A stretch of DNA of 34,986 nucleotides, from assembly GCA_037834085.1 (NCBI GenBank), contig JBBMKC010212813.1, forward strand, positions 1-34,986, written 5' to 3'. The notes under the pieces are model-generated. The model was not told where the DNA came from. It searched no databases and saw only the letters and a list, made by a program, of their open reading frames with translations. Source of the stretch: Bipalium vagum (lineage: Eukaryota). This document shows positions 24,813 to 34,986 of the stretch, one piece after another. Both the position numbers and the translations under genes were made by a program. Each line of letters opens with the position of its first letter. The first letter of the stretch is position 1.

Positions 24813-26775
24813 AATCAAAGATACGGTAATTTGAAATAATAACTTAATGATTTTTTTGTTATCTATTTCTAAGATTCTTAATTATTTGCACAAGATATCT
24901 TATCTGTGATTTTGAATCAAAAATTCTCAGATTTCTAAGGAAATAAGATAATAGCTGGACTAGTTTGAAGATATAAGAATTATTTCGGAACCTAATTTAG
25001 AAGTAAATACTGAACAAATAAATTCTTCTTTTTATCATTCATAAAAATATAAAAAGAACGATCTTTTAAATGAGTACAGTGAATATTTATATTTTGACGA
25101 TTTCGATATTGATTTTATCAATCTTTAATATTATTTTATGTTCCTCAAAAATATTGGTACCATTAATAATCTATAATGTAATTATGTCCAACTTCATTTC
25201 TATTTCTAAAATAATTAATAATGTTACATTTCTTCCATTTTTATTGTTCTTTTTTTGTAAAATGCAAACTTTTAATGTTATATTTACATTTCACTTTAAT
25301 TTTCAAAGATGTTTCATTAAAATTATTATTTTTCACTAATTAATTTATTAGAATATTGAATATTAATAAAGTACGTGTACGTATTTTATTTGAGACATTT
25401 CCGCAAATCTTATTAAAAGTAACCGTCCCAATTGTTCGGGAGGCTCTTTTAAAATGTTTACATTTTTTATAGTAGTTTTTAAATTTGCAATAATTTGAAA
25501 TGCACATATGGATTCAATTCAGGAATTTTAAGTGAAAAATCATTATTCAATTTTTTTAAGTAGAATAGTTTTTCGAGTAAATCTTGGTTTATTTTTTATT
25601 CTTTTTAATAATTAAGTTCTTTTGATTTTTTTTATACTCATGTTTTTACTCCGACCTTTTTGTTCTGCAGAAATCATAGAAAATTCACACCAATCTGATT
25701 ACCTTGTAAGCAGACATTAAAATATTTAATGACAATTTTAAAATTTACAAATAATTTTTATTTATTTTTTTACTAATCGCTAAGATCACACCCGACAAAT
25801 TAAAAAATAAGATTTTTTTTCAGGTCAATAAAAATTAAAAAAAACCTATTTCTAATTTGAATCGATCGTTGTAATTAAAATATTATTAGATGTTTTTTAA
25901 TTAAAATGTTCCTATTTCATCAGGTATCAGTGCAATGTATTAACACAGTCTTATAAGATTTCTGTATCATTTACAGTCATAGTTACTGTTATTTGATATC
26001 CATATTGGTTGCAAATTGATAGGGTTTGAGAGACGAGAAGTTGCTGTAATTTTATATATCGATATTAATAATCACATAATTATAAATGAGCTTTGATTTT
26101 GTTAAAAATGAAAAAAAATTGTTCAGTCTTCCTTATAAATATTTATATTCCTTTTAGAGGTTAACCAAAATTTTGGTCTTCTAAGTAAAATATTCTTTAA
26201 AGAGACTTATAATTGTGATACTTGTACATTATTGTATTATTATATTGAATATAGCTCAAGTGCTTTGATTTACTGGTTTTGTCGTTAAAAAATTTTCTTT
26301 TTATTGAATATTTAAAGAAAATAATGATTTTATCAAAATTTTTTAAATAGTTAAAATATAGTGCAAATTCTGGCTCTAAAGATATCAGAAACGGTTTTGT
26401 AAAGATGATTATAAATCAAAGTTAATTAATCTTTTGGTTTTTCAATGACGACAGAACGATTTCCAACTTATTTCTGGAAATGATAATTTTGGCTACAATA
26501 GCATTTTAATTTGAGAAATGTTATTCCTGTACACATTCTTCCATGAAGGAGGAAGTTAAATTTCATTTTGTGTTACATTACTTTTCTCGAAAATATTACT
26601 GATAACAATTTATGTAGGATATTTAAATGTACCTTTAAACATGTCTTATTTTTCATTCTTATTTTATTTCCTTTGTTATGTGAGATAGCACAATTGATTA
26701 ATTGGTGAAAGAGTAATATAGAATCATTTATAATTAAGTTTTATGAAAGATTTTATTCATTTATTCGGTTTTCAG

Positions 26776-27222
26776 AATATAGTGGGAAGAATCATTGGAA
26801 CTCATGGATCAATAATTACAACCATTCAAAAAGATACTGGGACAGAAATTCGTAGTCCTCCTAAAGATAACAATCCGACGCATAATAACTGTAAAGCTAA
26901 ATTCGAAATTCTTGTTTATCAAAGAAATAATTCTATCGATGTCCAGGAGGCTGTGCAACGAATTAAAAACGCAAAGCAATTAATAGCTCACGTTGCCATG
27001 CATCAGATGGAAAGAATTAGAGCAGAAGAATCGCCATTCTCTAATTATCGTATAAAAGCGATTTCATCTTGGGAAAAAAATTTACCGGTGTCTGATACAA
27101 ATATATTTGCTGATAAAGAAAAATTGCTTAATTATCAAATGCAATCAATAACATGGCTTTGGAACGATATTGATCGGTTAGAAGATCAAATGGCCGACGA
27201 AGTCGTCTTTAGAATCCTAGAG
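26776..27222 (+). CDS. mex3: MEX-3-like protein, coding exon 3 (KH2 and downstream region)
   Basis: Acceptor TTTTCAG| at 26775 is phase 0 and gives VPK-NIVGRIIGTHGSIITTIQKDTGTEIRSP (KH GxxG loop). The 3' end is inferred from a weak phase-0 donor GAG|GTCTTT at 27223. Confidence 0.85.
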
Positions 27223-28440
27223 GTCTTTTCCTTTTTCTGTTTCTATTAACATGTTGTTCAAGCTTATCTTTATATATTTGATTAGTGTTAATTGTTATCT
27301 TTATCCTGATTCTCAATGAAATTTATTACTTTCACCAAACGAGATATTTTGGAATAATTTCCTAGCATTTCTGAAGCAGTTTTACTGCCGCCAATTAAAA
27401 ATTTCAGATCAAATTAAATAAGAGTTGGAATAGAAATTAATCCAGCTTAAAACTGACTGAGGCTTGACATTTTTAAAATAATTTTCTTCAATTTCTTTTC
27501 ATACAAAAATGTTTTCATTTTACTTAAAGGCCTTCCACGAGTTATAAATGTCCAGAATAAATATACGCGATTTGCTTTATGCGTAAAATTGATTTAGAAT
27601 TGTACAAAATTATGTCATCTTTTATCAAAAGAATGAAATGTTTTATATTTTAAATATATTATATTATATATTATTAGTGAATTCATTTTACACAATAAAA
27701 ACAATTTCTTTTACAAAAATCTTTATCGGTATAAATATAATTAATATTTATTTTTCACTAAAAATAGGTCGACATTATATTTTATGATTATTTTATTGTT
27801 AAATAATTATAATTTTAATTTAAATATATTTAATAAAAATTATTTATTTTTGATTTATTTTATAAATATTGCTTAAACATAATATCGGAGGTCTTAAAAT
27901 TACATTATGTTCTACACGATGTTGATACATCCATATTTAACATCCTATATCTAATTTTTATGGCCTTTCAATCAATATTTCACATTCTTTTTCTCAATAA
28001 CTTTTTAAATATTTGTATTTAATTAAAAATTGTCTCTCCTATTTTAATGATGGAGCATTTATGGATAATTTGATATTCGATTTATTGGAAATGACCTCTT
28101 GAACTATTTCAGTTGATCTGGATTTTGGAAATCGAAGCTAATCAGGTTTTCATCAAGGATGATACAATTATATTTGTCATATATAAATATACCTTAACTA
28201 TTAATTCTTGTTTTAATTAAGACATTTAATGATAAAATAGGTTTTATGTTGAACAATAAGTTAATTCTGCACTGAAAGTAACATATTTTGCTTTCCCGGA
28301 TCTTAATATTGTAGTAATTGAATGTTGATTAATAAATTTCATTAATAATTAGATTTAATCAAGTAATACATTAGGATGTCTCATATGTTTGAGATAAGTT
28401 TTAAGTTAAATCATAATAATATATTATTAAATTTTATTAG

Positions 28441-28752
28441 GAATCGAAGAAGAAGTCAAAGCTTCATTCCGATTACAAAATATTTGACTCTACTAGTTTA
28501 AGTATAGATCGCTATGAAGAAATGATCGGAAACCAGCCGTTACCATTGAGTCCATTCAAACAAATGAATTTTTATATGAATGGATTTGATGTACCCCAGT
28601 ATCCGTCGACGATGTATTCAGAAAGCAGTCCGCTGTTGAAATCGAATTCAAGCAATTCTTTAAGTAGTAACACTAATTTATTGGAAATTTTATCTATTAA
28701 ATATATATATGAAAATTCGATAATCAGAGAAATGAAAATATTTCAATTATAA
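28441..28752 (+). CDS. mex3: MEX-3-like protein, probable last coding exon (Ser/Pro-rich tail)
   Basis: Acceptor TTTTATTAG| at 28440. The phase-0 open frame ESKKKSKLHSDYKIFDSTSLSIDRYEE runs into ORF 28522-28752. Composition is less AT-rich than the flanks. Stop TAA at 28750-28752; an AATAAA lies at 28969. Confidence 0.65.
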   Translation, partial: ESKKKSKLHSDYKIFDSTSLSIDRYEEMIGNQPLPLSPFKQMNFYMNGFDVPQYPSTMYSESSPLLKSNSSNSLSSNTNLLEILSIKYIYENSIIREMKIFQL

Positions 28753-31700
28753 CTTTTTTTTAATAATGTTCAGATTTGTGTAAGAAATTAATCTTGGTCT
28801 TATGATTATTATCTAGAGATCATTTTAATTTAATTAAAAGTTTGTAATTGAACAAAATTGATTAAATTCGGTGGGAAAGTTGTTTGAATTTTATTTATCT
28901 AATTTTGCTTTTGGTGTGATTATTCTCGAAAAGATATTTTCAACTTTTCATCAACAATAAGTCATAATAATAAAAAAAATGATAAAATTAATTTCGATTA
29001 TAATTTTTCTCTCATTTTTGATGTATTGTGGTTCTGATATCATCATCACTGCATTCAGCTTATCACCAATAATTACAGATCATTTTGTTATCGACGACAA
29101 TTACCATCTTTAAGATGACAATGACAATCTTCGTTAAATTACAAACTGTGGTAGAATATTGATATCAGACTTGAATTTTTCGCACGTTTTCTGTTGAATA
29201 TTCACATCTGAAACGAAGAAGATAATTTAAAAATACATGCCGAACATTATCAATCTCAGAACAAACTATTCCATAAAATTTTTCTGGAATTCGGATTCCA
29301 ATCTCTTATTTAATAATACACGGAATTGATTTTTCCGTTTGTAAAAATAATGCCAAAATATTCATTTCGTCTGAAAAATCACTCCAACTTGAAAATATAA
29401 TTTATAATAATAATAATATTTTATTTTTTTGTCTTTTCACCATTCTTTATTAGTGAAATTTTTTATGTCAATATTGAAATATTTTGTTATTAATAATTAA
29501 CGATTTTTTAAACTAATGAAATAATTATTATTAATTATTTGTTTTTTATCAATTTAAAATGGATATAAGTCATATAAATAATGTTTTTTAAACGAGAGCA
29601 ATGAATATCTTAGGTTTATTTTTTTTCTTTATTATCTGATTTATATTACATTCTTTCAAACCATTTTCTCGTGGATATTGTGAAATCGGTTAATCGAAAC
29701 TAGAAATATGTACGAAAATAAATTGACTTTTTATGATAAGTCAATAGGGATTATACCAATGATTATTTTTTCCAATTAACTTGTCCATTTCTTTTGTTTC
29801 AATGCTCTTTTCAAATAATAAATTCGGTGATTTGTTTTAATTCATAAAAATTTTCTATTATAAATTTTATTAAATTAATTTTAAAATTTTTCAATCGATT
29901 TAAATTTTTAATTCTTTAGGCAATTGATCAATAGAAAAGGCTTACAAGAAAAATTTTGGTCGGTATATAAATACCGACAAATACTGAATAAGAATTCTTA
30001 AAATTCGTTCCTTTTGAATTATATTTAAGAAATATTAATAAAATCTAAATTTTGCTATTTTCCTAACTTAAAACACATTCTATTGCGATATATACACGAT
30101 TTTTAGGTATTCATTAATGTCCTTATTCATGATCTTTTGTCAATAATATCATCTGTTTTCATATAAAACTGTCCCATTTAGTTATATCATGTACCCTTGG
30201 ATCTCTAAACTGAAAAATTTCTATATATTAATATTAATGCTGTAGCCTATCAATAATTCTTTGTATAATCACAACACATTTTGTTTTAAATTCAATCAGA
30301 ATGTTTTATAAATTTATCTTTACTTAGATTTATTTATCACTCTACAACTTTTATTTTAAGACTATTAGAAAATAAGACCCCGTTTATTATCAATCTACCA
30401 TATTTAACGATATAATGTTAAATAGGTCAAAGTTTCCTTTCAGCGTACTGTTTATTATTCCAGATGCTCGTTTTGTATAAACTATATTTAATACTTCCTT
30501 CACATGATATGTGAATGATCATTGATCAGCTAGCTAGTCCTTATTACAACTTTTTAATAATTGTAGGATGGCCTTATTTTTAGAATGTGACATTTTGGAG
30601 TGCTCATAATTTAGGTTTTTGTGAATTCATTTCAAAGTACCTCTGCGTGAATGTTGAGGTCATTTCCATACTGATTATTAAACATTTTGGTGCTTAAGAT
30701 TATTACAATGTACTAAACATAATTGAAATCAATAATAAAGAAAATAATTCATCTTTGAATTTTATTCTCCTACCACAATTCGTGAATTAATGAAATTAAT
30801 CAAAATTTTTATTTTAAATATTTTTTTAAAAATTTTGATTTCTCCATTCTTTGGATTTGACGGTAGCTTTGATAAAGATAATTAACGACTGATAAGCTGG
30901 AAAAAGTCGTGTTTTATTTTATAGATTTTATTATTAATGAATAGATTTTAATAATATTTTCCATTATTATCTTTTAATGAATAGAAAACGTTGATGGCGT
31001 TTGGTAATTTTAATTTTTAATTGGTTAACAAATAAATTAATTCTAAATAAAATATTTTTTCTCCTTAAAGTTTAAATTAAAAAATATTTTTAAACTTATT
31101 TCTTAATTTACTAATTAATTTGTTTTGAAAATAATTCTATGCAGTCATTATTCACTTAAATAAATAATGGACATTTACAATGGATTTCCAATTTAATTCC
31201 ACTAGTCAATGTGATTTTAGGATCAACAGAATTTACATGAATTATTTTTGTATTTTAAAATGAGGACAATTTTAAGAAATTAAATATTTCATTTAATTTA
31301 TTTTTATTAAAACATTTAATAATTACAAAAGGTTAGTATAATCAATTATTAAAATGACATTTAAAATTAGTCAGATCTCAGATTAATGAGATAAGTTTCA
31401 GTAAAATTTCTTAATTTATAATATGTGCAAATGAACGACCTAATTTTTTATTTGATCAGGCATTGTTCAATCTTTCAGCAAATGGAAATTTGTAATATAG
31501 ATATGAACTTGTTACAAGAGTGATTTATTTTTTAAAAAAGGTGTATAACACTATTAGTTTTAATGAGGTTTAATGTCTGGTCGTGGGTTGAATAGTCTAG
31601 CTTTAATTAATCAGTAATATTAATAGACTGTCGAACTTTAACAATTTCCGGTATTTTTACAAAACCAGTCTATATTAGTATTTTTCCTTTTCTTTCTCTG

Positions 31701-32640
31701 TTGTTTATGTTTAGTCTTACGTCATGTTGATTATTATAATGACTACTGTCCGAATGTGGTAGCTGCCAAAATTTTATTAATCGATAAGTTCAAAGTTCAT
31801 AGTTTACTGATATTATCACAGAATCCGTAATGTTCACTGATAACCTTCAGCCCTTTTCTTTCATTTTTCCGGTTTTGTACATGATATTTATTAATCAAAC
31901 CAGGTAGGTATAATATATTTAATAATACTATAAAAATATATATAAAAACAAATAATGTCATCTTACAAAAATAATTTTGCATGAAGATAATTCTGCGTCT
32001 TAAATTATGGTTCACTTTTTCTTCCTATCATTATCTTGTCTCATGTTTACCTGAGAGTTAAGACAAAAAACATAAATCATATTCTAGTGGCTCAGTTACA
32101 AAAAAGAATAATCATGAGAAAAAAATAATCATTAAAATGATCGTAAATCTTAGTTGTAAATCAATAAATCTATCATTTATACAAAAGTTATTAGACAAAT
32201 AAAGTATATATTTACAATTCATGTACCGAAAGACATTTTTCTTCCAGAGTTTATAACATGTTAATTTTCTTAGTTTTATTAAACTCAGGTTAAAATATTT
32301 ATTGCACGACACTCTTTAAAAATCAATTATATTATAATATTCCTTTAATAAACAATACGAAATGACTTTGAACATGTTTATTCAGTGATAAATTCTTTAT
32401 ATCACAGTTTATTTTATTGTTGTTTTAAATTTTCTAAATTAAATTTTCTAAAAATAAATAATTTTTGAAAAGTAATTAAATTTTGAGACGAAACATTTTC
32501 TATTCTGTTTTATTGTATGACAGTTTCTTTTTAAATGATCGTCAGTTGAGAATACATTTATCCGTTATTTATTTATTTTTATAAAACTTTACGAATACGT
32601 TTTTCGGTTGTAACTATTGATTTACTATACTGATAATTTC

Positions 32641-32650
32641 AATAATAATG

Positions 32651-32702
<52 letters not shown>
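32641..32702. repeat. (AAT)n microsatellite
   Basis: About 20 AAT units with one interruption. Confidence 0.95.
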
Positions 32703-32703
<1 letters not shown>

Positions 32704-33173
32704 CAGTTTTCTTATAAATTCTAGAAGATTAAGTAACTTAGTACCTTTTCAGCCAATAACTATCTTTAAAAGAATTACTGATTATTAATTCTAATACAGT
32801 AGTTCAGTATTTTAGATCTACTGTCTAAAGTCTTGAAACATTCATCAAATGTAAATATTCAGGAAATCCTTGTAAAGTTTTCAATAATTTTTGCATCATA
32901 AATAACATTTTTATGTGAAATCTACCATTTCTGATTTGTAGCTTATATTTTATGCTAGTCAATTCTAGTTCGATGTCTTAATTTCACTTTTTATCAAGTT
33001 AAGATTTTTTTTCTTTGTTTCATTTCCTTCAATTGATCTTCATTGTGAAAACCTCTAAGAAAATGAAATCATTAAAGATAGCAAATCATGTTAAACCCAC
33101 CACACTTTAAAATTCAGATTTAAATTTTTTATTCAACCAGTATCTTAGAATCTATTTTAATAAATATAACCTG

Positions 33174-33600
33174 TATGGGTTGCGTGAAGGCAGTAGGTCA
33201 GAAATGAAAACTGTGAAATAATCAAAAAAGTTCAAACAGTAAAAAAACAGTCCGAATCTTCTCCATTAATTCAATTCCACATTTATCTTTTATTTCTTTT
33301 ATTTCATTTAATCCAATAATCTGTCATGGAGGAATGGTTTAAGGTTTCGAAAAATATAAAAGTAGATATGAGCCAAATCTGAAGAATATAGTGAATGTCT
33401 AATCAGTTTTTAATTTAATTTGTTCCGCTTTTTCAATTCAGTGAACTCTTTGAGCTTGAACATTTTTCTGATGAAAAATGCATTTTCTTTCTTCAACTCA
33501 AGTCTTCTTATATTACGAATCTTCCTATTGATACGAATTCTTCATTCAATTTATTCAATATGTAGTCATAATAATCAGAGTTAATTGCAATTATTTTTCA
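33174..33600 (-). mobile_element. 3' portion of a decayed mariner (DD34D) element
   Basis: The minus strand gives FFHQKNVQAQKS (FHQDNAPAH-like), LIRHSLYSSDLAHIYFYIFRNLK (HPPYSPDLAPSDF-like) and an IELNGED-like C-terminus. A TA-TGGGTTG TIR-like end lies at 33174. Confidence 0.75.
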
Positions 33601-34300
33601 AGATCATCAAAAATCCCTCGTTCTGACCGGCTAACATCTCATAAAGTCGATCAAATCATTCAGAAGATAGAGGAAGACAAGTATATTGGCAGCCGTAAAA
33701 TCGTAGAAGACCTCAGTATTTATCATCAAACCATTTAAAGAAAGATAGTTTTAAAAAGAAATTATGTTTGGATTCTACGAGATTTAACACGGAAAATTTT
33801 AATAGACCGAATTTCAATATGCCAAACATTACTGAAAAGAAACTATCGAACCATTCTTGAAATGTCTTATTATGGTTGATGAGACGTAGATCAGATACAA
33901 TAATAATGTGAGAAAATGATCTTGGACAAAACGTTGTGAGACACCACAAACCGTGAGTAAACCGAAATTCATGCTTTGCATCTGGTCGAATTACAAAGGA
34001 ACCATCTACCAAAAAATACTCCAACCAGGTCAAAATGTTGACCATGTTTTCTAATGTCAACAATTAACTAGAGTACAGAAGGCAATTGCAATAAACTGAC
34101 CATAATTTATCAATAGAAAAGACGTTGTGTTTCACCGTGACAATGCAAGATAACATGTGTCTTCGATGACACAGAAAAATTGAAGAACCTTGATTGGAAA
34201 GTTTTGTTGCATCCTCCATATAATCCTGATATTGCACCTTTATCGAATAATTTGTTTCGTTCACTGCAGAACTCAAAGAAGGACTTCGAAAATACTAAAT
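33600..34300 (+). mobile_element. Decayed mariner transposase (mellifera-subfamily-like), termini missing
   Basis: VDQIIQKIEEDKYIGSRKIVEDLSIYHQTI..VWILRDL..DRISICQTLLKR..EPFLKCLIMVDET*IRYNN..VVFHRDNAR..WKVLLHPPYNPDIAP..LFRSLQNS. Confidence 0.88.
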
Positions 34301-34914
34301 AAACTTAATCTAAAATTGTTAAGAAATTAAGACGTTACAAAATCTGTTATACTCAACTGATGTTTCAGCACCAGACTTCTACTTGTTCTATTAAATTGAA
34401 TAATTTCTCCTGTGACACGTTTTGAACTAATGAAAACTTAGGAACACATGTTTTCTCCAAACAATCCAAGTGGGATTCACAAAATTTCAGATCATTTTTT
34501 AAAAAACCTCTGTAAAAAATAAAGATCGTATTTCAGTTCATGTTTTTAATGCAAATTTACATATATTTATACACTTCTTGAAAACGGTAAACTGTTATTG
34601 GACATCGTAACATATTTAATTATTATTATTTTATTTGCTTTTTCCCCTATCAACAAGTCTTTTATGTATTGGAATATGTCCGTCATTTCATCATCAATTT
34701 GGCGATGGTGGTAACGTGATATTAATAAAATAAAGTCCAGATCTTAATAAAAATCCGCAACGTATTGGCGTCATACGATCAGATTTTTGTTTCTGAAAAA
34801 CTTTCCGAAACATTTAATCTAAGAGTCGTCAACACAACTATTATGCATGAAATAACTATGTTGCTAAATCGTGTAATTATTGTTATTAATATCAGTCAAT
34901 GGAGACTGGATATA

Positions 34915-34986
34915 CCAGGTTGAGTCAAAAGTTATTAGCGTTTTTTTAATAAATTGAAATTGTTTTACTGCTTCATTATTACTATA
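34915..34986. mobile_element. Left TIR of another mariner-like element running off the window edge
   Basis: TA-CCAGGTTGAGTCAAAAGTTAT shares GGTTGAGT.AAAAGTTAT with the TIR of the 3045-4197 mariner. Confidence 0.55.

Noticed and set aside
28753-29000. MEX-3 recognition or AU-rich elements in the putative 3' UTR (autoregulation)
   Set aside because: The motifs are too degenerate to distinguish from background at this AT content.
29018-29115. MYCGSDIIITAFS segment considered as a decayed MEX-3 RING exon
   Set aside because: It has only one Cys, no PCGH or later CxxC, and no convincing splice acceptor.
33713-34276. Minus-strand ORFs of 116 and 70 aa
   Set aside because: They are antisense shadows of the plus-strand mariner remnant.
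1-34986. Most short ORFs in the supplied track (e.g. 3402, 12701, 13098, 13863, 13915, 14108, 17790, 18534, 24486, 25070, 31797, 32112)
   Set aside because: They are F/I/L/K/N-rich translations expected from AT-rich non-coding DNA, many with TTG/GTG starts and no recognisable domains.

Overview
A very AT-rich eukaryotic, spliceosomal-intron window (roughly three-quarters A+T by eye). It is consistent with an invertebrate such as a planarian flatworm, but the taxon is inference only. It holds one host gene: a four-exon, + strand, divergent MEX-3-family RNA-binding protein with two KH domains (exons 12057-12432, 23711-23997, 26776-27222, 28441-28752; 473 aa if spliced as modelled). No RING finger is visible. 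A compact CCAAT/TATA/Inr promoter lies just upstream, and an 11.3 kb first intron splits the KH1 GxxG loop. The rest is a graveyard of decayed transposons: several mariner (DD34D) copies, a maT (DD37D), two DD37E elements, pogo/Tigger, a Tc1 end, a piggyBac deletion derivative, a Ty3/Gypsy RT remnant, probable LINE scraps and a probable Penelope remnant with a degenerate minimal hammerhead ribozyme. Most ORF-track entries are spurious or are TE fragments. I found no prokaryotic-type system (CRISPR, operon). The most interesting leads are the divergent RING-less MEX-3, a possible KH2-only isoform, and the intronic hammerhead relic.
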